A stretch of DNA of 64,000 nt from Lingula anatina. Its lineage: Eukaryota; Animalia; Brachiopoda. This document shows, one piece after another, positions 27,643 through 40,800 of the stretch. The DNA is taken from contig CM120643.1 in assembly GCA_051362555.1 (NCBI GenBank), positions 7,130,001 through 7,194,000 on the forward strand. Direction: 5' to 3'. The notes beneath the pieces were generated by a model. The model did not search any database. It was not told the origin of the DNA and saw only the letters and a program-made list of their open reading frames with translations. The position numbers were made by a program, and so were the translations under genes. The first letter of the stretch is position 1. Each line of letters starts with the position of its first letter.

Positions 27643-29104
27643 TAGTATAGTCCTATGCCTCCTAGTACAGTGTAGTAGTCTGGAGTCATTGTGTTCCATT
27701 GTGGCAGTATAGTCCTGTGTCTCCTAGCTAGTACAGTGTAGTAGTCTGAGTCATTGTGTTCCATTGTGGCAGTATAGTCCTGTGCCTCCTAGTACAGTGT
27801 AGTAGTCTGGAGTCATTGTGTTCCATTGTGGCAGTATAGCCCTGTGTCTCCTAGTACAGTGCAGTAGTCTGGAGTCATTGTGTTCCATTGTGGCCATATA
27901 GTCCTCTGTCTCCTAGTACAGTGCAGTAGTCTGGAGTCATTGTGTTCCATTGTGGCAGTATAGTCCTGTGTCTCCTAGTACAGTGTAGTAGTCTGGAGTC
28001 ATTGTGTTCCATTGTGGCACTATAGTCCTGTGCCACCTAGTACAGTGTAGTAGTCTGGAGTCATTGTGTTCCATTGTGGCAGTATAGTCCTGCGCCTCCT
28101 AGTACAGTGTAGTAGTCTGGAGTCATTGTGTTCCATTGTGGCAGTATAGTCCTGTGCCTCCTAGTACAGTGTAGTAGTCTGGAGTCATTGTGTTCCATTG
28201 TGGCAATATAGTTCTGTGCCTCCTAGTACAGTGTAGTAGTCTGGAGTCATTGTGTTCCATTGTGGCAGTATAGACCTGTGCCTCTTAGTACAGTGTAGTA
28301 GTCTGGAGTCATTGTGTTTCATTGTGGCAGTATAGTCCTGTGCCTCCTAGTACGGTGTAGTAGTCTGCTGTAATTGTGTTCCATTGTGGCAGTATAGTCC
28401 TATGCCTCCTAGTACAGTGTAGAAGTCTGGAGTCATTGTGTTCCATTGTGGCAGTATAGTCCTCTGTCTCCTAGTACAGTGTAGTAGTCTGGAGTCATTG
28501 TGTTCCATTGTGGCAGTATAGTCCTGTGTCTCCTAGTACAGTGTAGTAGTCTGGAGTCATTGTGTTCCATTGTGGCAGTATAGTCCTGTGCCACCTAATA
28601 CAGTGTAGTAGTCTGGAGTCATTGTGTTCCATTGTGGCAGTATAGTCCTGCGCCTCCTAGTACAGTGTAGTAGTCTGGAGTCATTGTGTTCCATTGTGGC
28701 AGTATAGTCCTGTGCCTCCTAGTACAGTGTAGTAGTCTGGAGTCATTGTGTTCCATTGTGGCAATATAGTTCTGTGCCTCCTAGTACAGTGTAGTAGTCT
28801 GGAGTCATTGTGTTCCATTGTGGCAGTATAGACCTGTGCCTCCTAGTACAGTGTAGTAGTCTGGAGTCATTGTGTTTCATTGTGGCAGTATAGTCCTGTG
28901 CCTCCTAGTACGGTGTAGTAGTCTGCTGTCATTGTGTTCCATTGTGGCAGTATAGTCCTATGCCTCCTAGTACGGTGTAGAAGTCTGGAGTCATTGTGTT
29001 CCATTGTGGCAGTATAGTCCTCTGTCTCCTAGTACAGTGTAGTAGTCTGGAGTGTTTGTGTTCCATTGTGGCAGTATAGTCCTGTGCCACCTAATACAGT
29101 GTAG
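27643..29104. repeat. 62-bp minisatellite, ~23.5 copies
   Basis: Unit tagtcctgtgcctcctagtacagtgtagtagtctggagtcattgtgttccattgtggcagta, head-to-tail with no spacers. Confidence 0.97.
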
Positions 29105-30829
29105 TACAGTGTAGTGTGGAGTCAGATGATGGACTGGAAAAGACAAAAAAGTCAATGACCAGGGTTTTTCCTCAAGATCCAGAATATTAGAATTACATCA
29201 AATAAACTGCAAAGAAATATTTTATAAAATAAATTTACCCAAAAAAGTGTTGTTGTAAGTCAAGGCTGAAGCATACACTGTACCAGTACTGATAATAAAG
29301 AGGTGGGTTTATGGTGCTTTCTGAAACTCAGGATGGTAGTGCTAGTTCACGTAAGTGGACACTCCATGGGGAGTTTGTGTTACTCATAGTTCTGTTCATA
29401 TATTACTATTTCGACAGATGACTCCATAGGAAAAAGGAGAAGTCCCACTTATAAATTATATTAGAAGGCATAACGTCAGTTCTCCCATTAATTATCTCAC
29501 CTTCATAAGCAATCGGGTAATTGCAGATGAAAAGGGAATGACAGAATTTGAAGTAGATGACGGCGTGCAATCTTGCCAGGTCTCCATAACAATTTTTATC
29601 TGCAGCATCAACGTTCTGCAGCACATTGTAAAATCTTCACCAGCACATTGCATCGTGGTGTGAACAGTGAACAACTGACACAGTCGATACCACAATGGCT
29701 CATGTGTCCTTCACCTTAGATGTCTCATCCTAAGCTCGCCGATAAAGTTTGTCAACAGAATCTATAACAAAACCATCTAAGAATAATGTCTTGATGGAAG
29801 GTGACACTCAGTGTTCAGCGTCACCCTTTGCCCAGTCTACGCCCACTGGTCTACGCCATATAAAAATTGTTTAGTATAGATGGCGCTATGCAAGAGGTGA
29901 GACTTAGGATTTGTAAAGGACTGCGTCCAGTATCAGCAACAGGTTCACCGCCTGCTTTCTAAGAAACTCGTGCGAGGAGTGAGAGAGTTCTGGAACCGCA
30001 ATAGATATGACCAGGGACCAGGCACTGTGATATATATTGCGATATTTCAATCGGCAATCCTCGGCTCATTCCGCAAGCTCCATACTGTGCGGAGACATCC
30101 GAGTAGTTCCGAGTGGCGATATTTAGTAGAAAGACTCAAGATCGAGAGCTTCAACGAAGTGTCAATCTGATTGGTTTAAAGTTAAGGAAACAATACAGGA
30201 ACCGTCCAATGAAATTACTTTATACAATAATTATTCCTGTTTATTGTTTTAGTAAACAAAGCAAAGAGACAATGTCTACACAGTCGCTGGTAAGTTTTAT
30301 TTTTTATTCAAAACTGAAATTCTGTAGCAAGTTCAATGTAAGCCCACACAGCGCCTTTTTACCTGTTCATGATTTTTTATGTGGTTAATTTTTATTCTTA
30401 AAAAATTCATGTCACACGTTTTGCTGATCATTCTGATAATGGTACAAATGCATACATCACAAACTACCAAATAAAGATACAGAACTCCATGATTTGTATC
30501 TTGTTTAACATGATTTCATTTATTTATTGTACATATTGCAGATGACAGCTGATATGGGAATTGAAAATAATAAAGAAGAACAGTGTGCTCGTAAGTTGTG
30601 TGTGTGTTTGTATAATCAGACTGTATGTGTTTTATAATACAATATGGGCCTAAAACTACTCCTGCAATTATTTTGTTGTTACTAAAAAAAAAAAAAAAAC
30701 ATTTTATTTGCTCATAATATGAAAATAAGATAGATATATATCTTTCTTTATTCACATTAATTAAAGGGATAATAATTAGCTCTTTGTATGAGATCTATAT
30801 TTTACAATAAAAACATTGTGAACAACTCA

Positions 30830-30904
30830 CATATAATATAATATAATATAATATAATATAATATAATATAATATAATATAATATAATATAATATAATATA
30901 ATAT
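30830..30904. repeat. (AATAT)n microsatellite
   Basis: Direct reading. Confidence 0.95.
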
Positions 30905-30999
30905 GTTTTACCTCAAAAACAGAAGTTACAGCTATTATTCTGATATCTGAGCTTGTCAGCGGACCATGTGAACTCCATAGATGGCTATATTCTGTAATA

Positions 31000-31150
31000 T
31001 GAGATTATAACAAAAAAAAACTTTTTAGAAAAAAAAAACCGGGACTAACTTTGAATGTAGAAATGGATTCATTAACCATTGTAATGTATGAGAAAAATTG
31101 TTGTTTACCCCAGGAAAGTTCATTTTTTGGCCAAGACGAACAGTTATTAT
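31000..31150. repeat. Dispersed repeat fragment, second copy at ~61790-61936
   Basis: Shared gagatt..aacaaaaaa...ggactaactttgaatg...ccaggaaa...tttttggccaa...gttattat. Confidence 0.75.
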
Positions 31151-31246
31151 CCCAGCGATCAATTTGAATAGTGTAAATATCAAAAAGATATATTGATAGG
31201 ATTTCTTTCTGTTTTATTTTATTTCTTCTTTTTATTTTTAACAGCC

Positions 31247-34200
31247 ATGGCCACAGTCAGAATTGTTTTAAAAAACAATTTATTGAAAGCAAAAGTGGTG
31301 GGCAGGGGAACTGCCCTTGGGGGATGGGACCCCCAGCGAGGAGTGAACCTGTCAAGGTTCACTGATATGGGAGTCCCATCTCTCAGGGCAGAGTATCTCC
31401 TGCTCAAGGGCTCAAATATGGTATGGAAATTCATTAAGCCACAAAATGTAAGTATGAAACTTTTTTTTTTTTTTTTTTTTTTTACAAAAATAATGATCTG
31501 AGGTAAAAATGATAACCTTTCAAATTGAAAAGAAAATTTAAAGTCCAATACGTTTAATTGTTTATTTATTCATACCTTCATTCATTTCTTCTGGTGTATT
31601 TGATTTATCATTTATTGTATATATATATATTAACATTTTACTTTTCATTTTAGACATTAACATATCATCAAGTAATTTATTTGTTTGTTTGTTTGTTTGA
31701 GTGTTTGTTTGTTTGTTTGTTTGTTCATTCGTTCATTTATTCATTCATTCATTCAGCCTTACCACCCTGGGTCTGGCTGGACATGGGAGCCTGAACCCTT
31801 TAGGAACAGGTGCCTCCAGGTGACCACCAAAGACAGCATGGAAGTGACCTGTACTTGGGGAGAACTGGACATGGAAATAAAAGGTGCTTGATCTTATAAT
31901 TCTCTCTCATATAACCAATGGAAATCAAAGGTGAATAAACCTTTTAATTTTGTCATGCATAACATATTGAAATAATTATGATTTGATCCAACAATCCTAT
32001 AAAGTATAACCTATGGGAAGAAATGATGAAATGGTCCTTTAATATCGCCAAATACATTTTGGACTGTATTTTAGTGTATATCATAACTTGTGAATAACAA
32101 ATAAATGTGCCATCTTATTCCAGAGTGGGACTACATGTACAAGCCTGAAGTCCACACAAGTGGTAAGTCCACACCATTGCTCTATTCAATCAACTTGATG
32201 CATTTTTAATCTTTTAGCAAGGATTCATGAAATGAAATTACAACAACACCCTGACTCACAGGGTGCAAGTCTGGACCCTCAGGGGCTGTTGGCAATGAAT
32301 TTGGAGACCTAGCTAATGTGCACTAACTCCATGGAAACTCTCACTGAATACAATCAGATTAACAGACTAACACGCTTCTCTTTGTCTCTAACATACTCAT
32401 AAATTGGTATTCCTTAAAATTCAATTCTGTTCTTTCAGGTGATAGTAAAGAAGAGAATAATGTAGCAATTGTTAAGACCCCAAGCATTGAGGAACTAGGT
32501 AAGGCTGGAATCTTAGTAAAATAATCATGAATTTTAATATACTTGCACACTAACAAACACACATGCACATACACACTGCAAGCATGTTGCTCAAGCAATG
32601 TCTATTTTTTAAAATACTTAAGAAGATAATTTATTTATTTTTAAGTCAATTAAATCTTTGAATGTGTCTTCATCAAAGTGTAATGGGCCTACTGAATCTT
32701 TTTTGAACATGCACAGATATAGAATGTGAAGTTTGTATTTTTAAATATTAAAATATTATTAAAATATCATTTTTTCTTTAGCTGATATCAAAGACACAAA
32801 GAGTATGTCAGATGCTGAGGGCAGAAAGGAGAGAGGTAAGACAGAAAGATCAATTTAACAGGTGTTCATTTAACACACTTAAAAAATTTACACACACACA
32901 AACAGGCTCCCAGGCACAAACAGTGGCAAATTGAGGCCATCTTCTGGGTCTTCTGGAAGATGGTCAGAATTTTACATTGATGGGGATTTAACTTTTTGTC
33001 AGAAGACAGTCCACAATGGAGGATGGATCAACAAACATAATTTGCAAGACTGTCAGAAAATCTCTCTAGATCCGCCCCTTACAAACATTGTGTTTTTATT
33101 CCCTGTTCAGTGATCTAAATCTTTGAATACATCTTTGACTATGGTATTGAATCCTTGTTGTGCATGGGCATGGGATGTTGAATTTTGTTCCATTTTTCCC
33201 TTCAGTTGATGTCAAAGACACAATAATTACTGTGACAGAGCTCGTGAAGGAGAGAGGTAAGACAGCAGGGTCAGTCGTTATGAATTTTAATATACTTAGG
33301 AAACATGCATGCACACACACTCATACACTAACAAACACACACACACGCACATACACACCACAAGCATGTTACTCAAGCAAAGTCTTTAGTATAATTAATA
33401 AGATGATTTATTTTTAAGTCATTTAAATATTTGAATGTGTCTTCCATAAATTGTAATACTGAATCCTATCTGAACATGCACAGATATGGAATGTTAAGTT
33501 TTTATTCGATATCATTTTTCCTTTAGCCAATATCAAACATACAAAGATTGAGTCAGATGCTGAGGGCATCACAGAAAAAGGTAAGACAAAAAGCTTAGGA
33601 CAATTTAACGGGGAATTCATTTAACACACTTAAAAATGTAAACACAGATGGACTTTAGGGGGGGACTCTAACGCACAAACACTGAGTTTAAATTCTCTGT
33701 TCAGTGATCTAAATCTTTGAATGAATCGATGACTTTGTTAAATAATGTATTGAATTCTTGTTGTGCACAGGTATGAAATGTTTAATTGAATGTGTCTTCC
33801 ATAAATTGTAATACTGAATCCTATCTGAACATGCACAGATATGGAATGTTAAGTTTTTATTCGATATCATTTTTCCTTTAGCCAATATCAAACATACAAA
33901 GATTGAGTCAGATGCTGAGGGCATCACAGAAAAAGGTAAGACAAAAAGCTTAGGACAATTTAACGGGGAATTCATTTAACACACTTAAAAATGTAAACAC
34001 AGATGGACTTTAGGGGGGGACTCTAACGCACAAACACTGAGTTTAAATTCTCTGTTCAGTGATCTAAATCTTTGAATGAATCAATGACTTTGTTAAATAA
34101 TGTATTGAATTCTTGTTGTGCACAGGTATGAAATGTTTAATTGTACCACCAGCGTTAGCGCTGGCGGTACACATGGTTTCGGTCCCGTCCGGATCATTCC

Positions 34201-37200
34201 GCCGGCTCCGTTGGCTCCGCCGGCTCCGCCGGACGGCTACCGTTACCGCTTCTCCTCCTAGACGGTAAGGGCCCCCGTACCCATCTCATGGATTTAGGTC
34301 ACCTATAATCTCAACTCGTTCCACGTAAAATTTGGGCTTTGTCGGTATTGGGGTCTGGGTGTGGCACTCATTGCAATGCACCCTTGTCTAAAAATGGCAA
34401 AATTAAATGCTAATTATCTACCCTACGGAAGGAGTTATGGGAAAAATTTCTATAGACGGCTTTCCAAAAGTCATATGTGTAGATTTCAAATATACCCTTG
34501 GATTTGACCTTTGACCTCTACTTCAAGGTCAAATGGGCCAAAATTTTCAAAAAAATGAAATTTTTTACGAAAAAAATTTTTTTTGCCCTGTTATTCAGAC
34601 ACCACACAGACCTAACCAATAATATTATTGGAAAGTGTTACCCTTCAGGTCATCTTTCATCTCCATGAATTCGGGGTCAATCGGTGCATTTTCACGGGAG
34701 TAGCGGCCATAAGATACCGAAACTGAAAACTGTCTCTAATTCGGGAACCGTTAATGCTAGAGACCCATTCTTTTTTGCATTTTGTAGAGCATGTAAAGCC
34801 CAACACTGGAAGTGGTCTCCGTTTTTTTGTTTTCCATACGGTTTTCGAGTTACGCTGTATCAAAAAGTACATATTGGTGGTGAAAGCAAAATGTGCAGTA
34901 CGGTAATGGATAATAAATTTTGAACTCTGGAAAAATAAAACATAAGGCTTGGCAAAGCAGACAACTTGTGTTCAAAAATGACATTATTTCATCAAATTTG
35001 AACTTCTGAAACTTCAGAGCACCTCCTATTTCAAGAATTTTGACCAAAATGACATTTTCTTTATTTTAATTAATTTTTTCTGTACGAAATTTAAGGCACA
35101 TTATGGTAACTCCAAAATTATAACATCTAGTCCCTTATATCTCCAAAACTGGCAGAGATAGGTCCATAGTTACTATTGAAGTTGAATAGGAAGTCATATA
35201 CTGGCAATCTTACTATGACCTTGAAATTGACCTTTGACCTACTTTTCACCATGAACTGAACTTTGCAAATTTTTCTTCCCTTTTATCTCCAAAACTGGCA
35301 GAGATAGGTCTTTAGTTACTATTGAACTTGAATAGGAAGTCATATACTGGCAATCTAAATGTGACCTTAAAATTGACCTTTGACCTACTTTTCACCATGA
35401 ACTGAACTTTGCAAATTTTTCTTCCCTTTTATCTCCAAAACTGGCAGAGATAGGTCCATAGTTACTATTGAACTTGAATAGGAAGTCATATACTGGCAAT
35501 CTATATGTGACCTTAAAATTGACCTTTGACCTACTTTACACCATGAACTGAATTTTGCAAATTTTGCTTTCCTTTTATCTCCATAACTGGCTTAGATAGG
35601 TCCGTAGTTACTATTGAACTTGAATAGGAAGTCATATACTGGCAATCTAAATGTGACCTTAAAATTGGCCTTTGACCTACTTTTCACCATAAACTGAACT
35701 TTGCAAATTTTGCTTCCCTTTTATCTCCAAAACTGGCAGAGATAGGTCCATAGTTACTATTGAACTTGAATAGGAAGTCATATACTGGCAATCTTAATGT
35801 GACCTTGAAATTGACCTTTGACCTACTTTTCACCATGAACTGAACTTTGCAAACTTTTCTGCCCTTTTATCTCCAAAACTGGCAGAGATAGGTCCATAGT
35901 TACTATTGAACTTGAAAAGGAAGTCATATACATACTGGCAATCTAAATGTGACCTTGAAATTGACCTTTGACCTACTTTTCACCATGAACTGAACTTTGC
36001 AAACTTTTCTGCCCTTTTATCTCCAAAACTGGCAGAGATAGGTCCATAGTTACTATTGAACTTGAAAAGGAAGTCATATACTGGCAATCTAAATGTGACC
36101 TTAAAATTGACCTTTGACCTACTTTACACCATGAACTGAATTTTGCAAATTTTGCTTCCCTTTTATCTCCAAAACTGGCTGAGATAGGTCCGTAGTTACT
36201 ATTGAACTTGAATAGGAAGTCATATACTGGCATTATAAATGTGACATTAAAATTGACCTTTGTCGTACTTTTCACCATAAACTGAACTTTGCAAATTTTG
36301 CTTCCCTTTTATCTCCAAAACTGGCAGAGATAGGTCCATAGTTACTATTGAACTTGAATAGAAAGTCATATACTGGCAATCTAAATGTGACCTTGAAATT
36401 GACCTTTGACCTACTTTTCACCATGAACTGAATTTTGCAAATTTTGCTTCCCTTTTATCTCCAAAACTGGCTGAGATAGGTCCATAGTTACTATTAAAGT
36501 TGAATAGGAAGTCCTATACTGGCAATCTAAGTGTGACCTTGAAATTGACCTTTGACCTACTTTTTTTTATGAACTGAACTCTGCTAATTTCTTTCTCTTT
36601 TAACTTCAAACTTGACAGAGATAGGTCCATAGTTACTCTTGAACTTGAATAGGAAGTCATATACTGGCAATTTACTGTGACCTTGAAATTGACCCTTGAC
36701 CTACCTTACGAAGAACTTAAATTTGATTGTACCATATATATTTTTTGCAATAGTTAAAAAATTCTTGTTGATTGCATTTTTACAGCTTGTCAAGCACAAA
36801 ACTGGTCCCTTATTTTGTGTATGTGGGGGTCTATACGAATGCGTTTGCTCCAGCTGGTGGTACAATATTTGGAGGCGTTATCGCCTCTCTGATCCTCTAG
36901 TTTGTTTTCCTGTTTTTCTTCAGTCAAGTATCAATGACAAAACAACTGTGAAAGCAGACGTGAAGGAGAGAGGTAAGACAGTAGGGTCAATAGAATAGTA
37001 GGGTCAATATTTATTACACTGATGGAATGTGATTGTGCATGTACACACACACGCACACACACACTCCTTATGTTGTGCCAACACAGTTTGTGCTTTTGGC
37101 AAGTTTAAAATAATATTGGCAGAATTGTTTATTCCAAATAGTGGTAAAAGTGTTTAATTGAAGCTTCATACATGAAATATGATATTGCACTGACTTATTG

Positions 37201-37335
37201 AACATTTTATACTTTTACCTCTTAGTAAGTAATATTGTATTATACATTTCAGCTCCAAAGAATCGCCGCCAATCTAGGTGGAGGAGGGTATTGAATCTGT
37301 TCACGTCTTGCTTCAGACGGAGGGCACGAACATAA
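31247..37335 (+). CDS. CBM20-like (starch/glycogen-binding) domain protein with micro-exon repeat linker, ~240 aa
   Basis: Exons 31247-31447, 31757-31883, 32124-32162, 32439-32498, 32782-32835, 33206-33256, 33527-33580, 33882-33935, 37253-37335; all ag/gt and phase-compatible (723 nt); Kozak gccATGg. VVGRGTALGGWDPQRGVNLS...VWKFI...WTWEPEPFRNR matches CBM20 (VVGxxxxLGxWD...YKF...WExxxNR). Possible 5'-UTR exon at 30253-30289. Confidence 0.75.
33431..34140 (+). repeat. 355-bp near-perfect tandem duplication containing a coding micro-exon
   Basis: 33431-33785 vs 33786-34140; one difference seen (atcgatg / atcaatg). Confidence 0.95.
34141..36901 (+). mobile_element. Helentron-associated non-autonomous element (HINE) with an internal 146-bp tandem array (~11 copies, 35135-36705)
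   Basis: 5' sub-TIR/IR gtaccaccagc-gtta-gcgctggcggtac; GC-rich (gccggctcc)-like microsatellite; central repeats; 3' sub-TIR gctggtggtac; hairpin gaggcg-ttat-cgcctc; ctagtt end; inserted in a T-run with no TSD. Confidence 0.85.
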
Positions 37336-38574
37336 ATGGTTATTCTTCTTCTTCTTATTATTATTATTATTATTATCTTTATTATTATTATAAATTAAAT
37401 AATTCTAAACACTTCAGACATTAAGAAATGAAGAAAAGTCAGTATTTTTAAAAGAATACATGTATTACACATTTACAGAGAAGTTGATTTTGTTTGTCTC
37501 TTTGTTTTGATGTATCATAACTAAGTAAGCTTTCAGTTTTTTAGAGGAAAACTATGTCAAACTGTAAATTAAAGCAGCAAATTAATTATATCACAGCAGC
37601 CAGGAGCTGGTGGTTGAAGAGTTACTGTCAACATCTATTTACACCTAACTGAATGTACGTTTTAACTGAATTACATTGTAATATTTTCATCTTTTATTTT
37701 TCAGGGTCGTCAGTGCAGAACTATCATTGCCTCTGTAGCAGCCAGTTAAAAACTGCAAAATGTCATTCTCTTAATTATATGTTAAAATATTAAATTTTTG
37801 TAATCAGATGAGTTTTGTTTTTCTTTTCTTAATTGAGGGTACCATTAGGGAGGGGTGATCACAGTTCACGGGAAATAAAACCAATTTAATCACAGTAAAC
37901 AAAACTTTATGCATATCTCACCAACAATGCTAGTTGAAAACTGTGAAAATTACGAATTACCAGGTATAAGGCTTAGTTTCACGAAGGGCAAAGAATAAAA
38001 AGCCACGTTTGTGAGTCACAGGAATGAGGTGCTTCACGGAATATTGACATTTCACGCATCTCAGGGAAATAAAAAGTGGCTTTCACAGATAACAAAATAC
38101 CCAGTGGGGCTCTTTTAATTAAAAGAGTTTGAGAAAGCAAAATAAACCAATTTTTGTATAAAGGCATTTGGGATGTGATGCAAGAAACCAGCACTTGACT
38201 TTTTTTTTACAATAAATGAAACACTATAGTAATAACCTCATTCCAATAAAACAACATTTGATTTCTGATTTAAGTTTTAAAGTTTGAAGTTTATCTCAAA
38301 TTTTTTATCAAATTCTTTTTATTTAATTTATTAAACTTAAGAAATAATCAATACATGGTACAAGTTTTTAACTATATTTAAATATATACATGAATACTCA
38401 TACTCACACACATGTACCATATCATACGGCTCAATTACTGATAACTTCTCTTTTGATTTTATATTCCAGTATGTCCATGTTTAAATACAAAAAAAATATA
38501 TATATAGTTTAAACTCTTAGGAATTCAACTTGCAAATAAGGATCCCGTTTTAGTTTTTTTTAATACATAATTAT

Positions 38575-39000
38575 AATATTGAGAGCATTTTAACGTTTGA
38601 GCATCTGGTGGCTACAGTGGAGGAATGGGGAAAAAACTTCTCGCTGTTATTAACACCACCAGTAAAATAATTGGGAGAGAACTACCCCAACTGGATGATA
38701 TCTTGAAAGACGGAATGGAGAAAACAACAAAACAAATTATGGGGATCCCACCCATCCAGCAAGTTCTCTTTTTAAATTCTCACCCAGCAATAGCAGACTG
38801 CTGACTTTTAAGGGCAGTAAACGGTTTTAAGTAGGTCTCTCTATGTACAGTATTTTAATTAAACTTTTAGGCCTAGTTCATAATTTTTTATTGTCCAGTG
38901 TTTTATTTTAGTTTTATCTCTCAAAGGATAACAAATGCCTATATTTATATTTTAATATTTTTATTGGCTGAATAAATTCTTACTTCTTACCATACTTGCA
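38575..39000 (+). mobile_element. 5'-truncated Rex1/Babar-type LINE 3' end
   Basis: Homologous to 54908-55315 (gagagcattttaacgtttga...ccagtaaaataattg...ccccaactggatg...gactgctgacttttaaggg). Confidence 0.7.
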
Positions 39001-39408
39001 CTATTGCTATAGCCATGTTACATGTATCATCATAAAAAATATTGTAAATAGCGGCAACAAGTTCTTTTTCTAACACAATCCCTTTGTTGTCATTTTTCAA
39101 AATGATTAAAGGATTTAAAGTATTTTACAGACTGCTCTTCTCCGTTGCCAACGCTCACAATTTAGGTCTATCATTTAAAATCAAGTGTTTTATTGTATAA
39201 AATATAACATGTATAAAGCCAAAGGCTTCGTCCGCAAATCTAGCTTTGTTTAATACTGTGCATGAACCCAAAATTATGCTATAGTACAATCAAATAGAAA
39301 TATCAAGACTTCTTGAACAAGATTGATCACATTAGAAGTCTCCCCCCCCCCCCCCCCTTCGTCATCCTGCCCCCTTTCTACTGATACCATACAAACAAGC
39401 CACCTTCC

Positions 39409-40654
39409 AAACTCAGCGTGGGTTGGAGTGTGAAGTAGGTCAAAAGCTCGGATATGCCATGTAAGGGTTCTTAGGGGAGATAGGTGATGTCCATTTGCGT
39501 TTTTTTATTCTGCCAAATTTGAGAAAAATATCAGTATCTTTCATGGCACTTAGTCAGTATAAATTCAAATAAGTTAAGTTTCTTTCCTTTATCACGTAAT
39601 TCGTCAGATGAAGTTAAATACAACAAATTCCTAGAAAACCTTTACCCCCTCTTGTGAATGCAATGTGACGTCTGCAGAGCTCAGCGTTTGCCACCACGCT
39701 GGATGATTCTCGCTTCCCGGGAGCTGAACAGTTAACGCGGTCTGAAAAATTTTAGGGAGAGTCAGATGAAAAAGAGAGGGACCGTTGCATCTACAATGTT
39801 TTACATAGTGAAGCTGGAGTTGTGGGCTAATTTTACTCTTTTCTTTTAAAATTTGCAATATACTCTACCTTTCAGTAACTCTATGATACCAAAATATTTT
39901 TCTGGCATCTTGATACATTTCCCCCTTCTGACTCCCCCTAAAACGGTCCACACTAAAAAATCAATAATCGTATGGCAATTTTATACAGGCAATTGACCTA
40001 CTTTTATACCCATGCAGCTATCGACGAGTTTTATGGCTGTGGGGTGAAGACGTGATACACGTCTGTGATATAAAAGTTATTTCTAATTATATAATTTATA
40101 AACTGCGTGTGGATCAAAAGCGTTCCGATTTTTGAGCAAAAGGAAAAAATTAATTTTTGCGAACAATGAAAAAATTGGAGATAAGTCAAAATCAGGGAAA
40201 AAAATGCATTTTTTCTCTTATATGCAAATTAGGTCCCATTAAGTAATATATGACTGGCCGGAAGTGATGTTCATATCAGAGATTTGTAATGGTGATGATC
40301 TTGATGGTCTTGATGATCTTAATGGTGGTTAAAAAAATGTTACCAAAGTTTTCAGTTGTCGTCTTGAGAGAAAGACATTTTCTGCAATAACACATTCATT
40401 CCACGAGCGAAGAATATATAGTACACCCGCCTCGGAGATGCGCTGCAGACGTCATGGCTTTTGGGTGAAAATCGCACGCGATATAAGGTTATAATTACGA
40501 TATATAGGTTAAAAAATGCGTGTCTAATTTTTCAAAGTGAGTGAAAATGCATATCTGCAAGACATTAAAATTTAGACTGCATTTCAATTTATTTGTGTTC
40601 GACAAGGGTGAATTTAATTAGGATAGGGCCTACTCTCTCTCTCACACTCTCTGT

Positions 40655-40696
<42 letters not shown>

Positions 40697-40800
40697 AAGA
40701 CAAGAGAAAAAAATAATAGCCATAACAGTAAAATTTTTCAGATGTAAAACGATTTCAGAGTTAAAAATCTTGTTGGCCACTGCAGTTCCTTTTCGTAGAG
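39409..40800. repeat. Dispersed ~1.35-kb repeat, copy 2
   Basis: Colinear with 1-1350. Confidence 0.85.

Noticed and set aside
27643-29104. CRISPR-like array
   Set aside because: Contiguous 62-bp units with no unique spacers, no cas genes, and a eukaryotic context.
30272-30289. MSTQSL as the first coding exon of the CBM20 gene
   Set aside because: Splicing to the 31245 acceptor is out of frame and stops after 8 more codons; at most a uORF.
35135-36705. Independent satellite or CRISPR
   Set aside because: It is the internal tandem array of a Helentron-type element.
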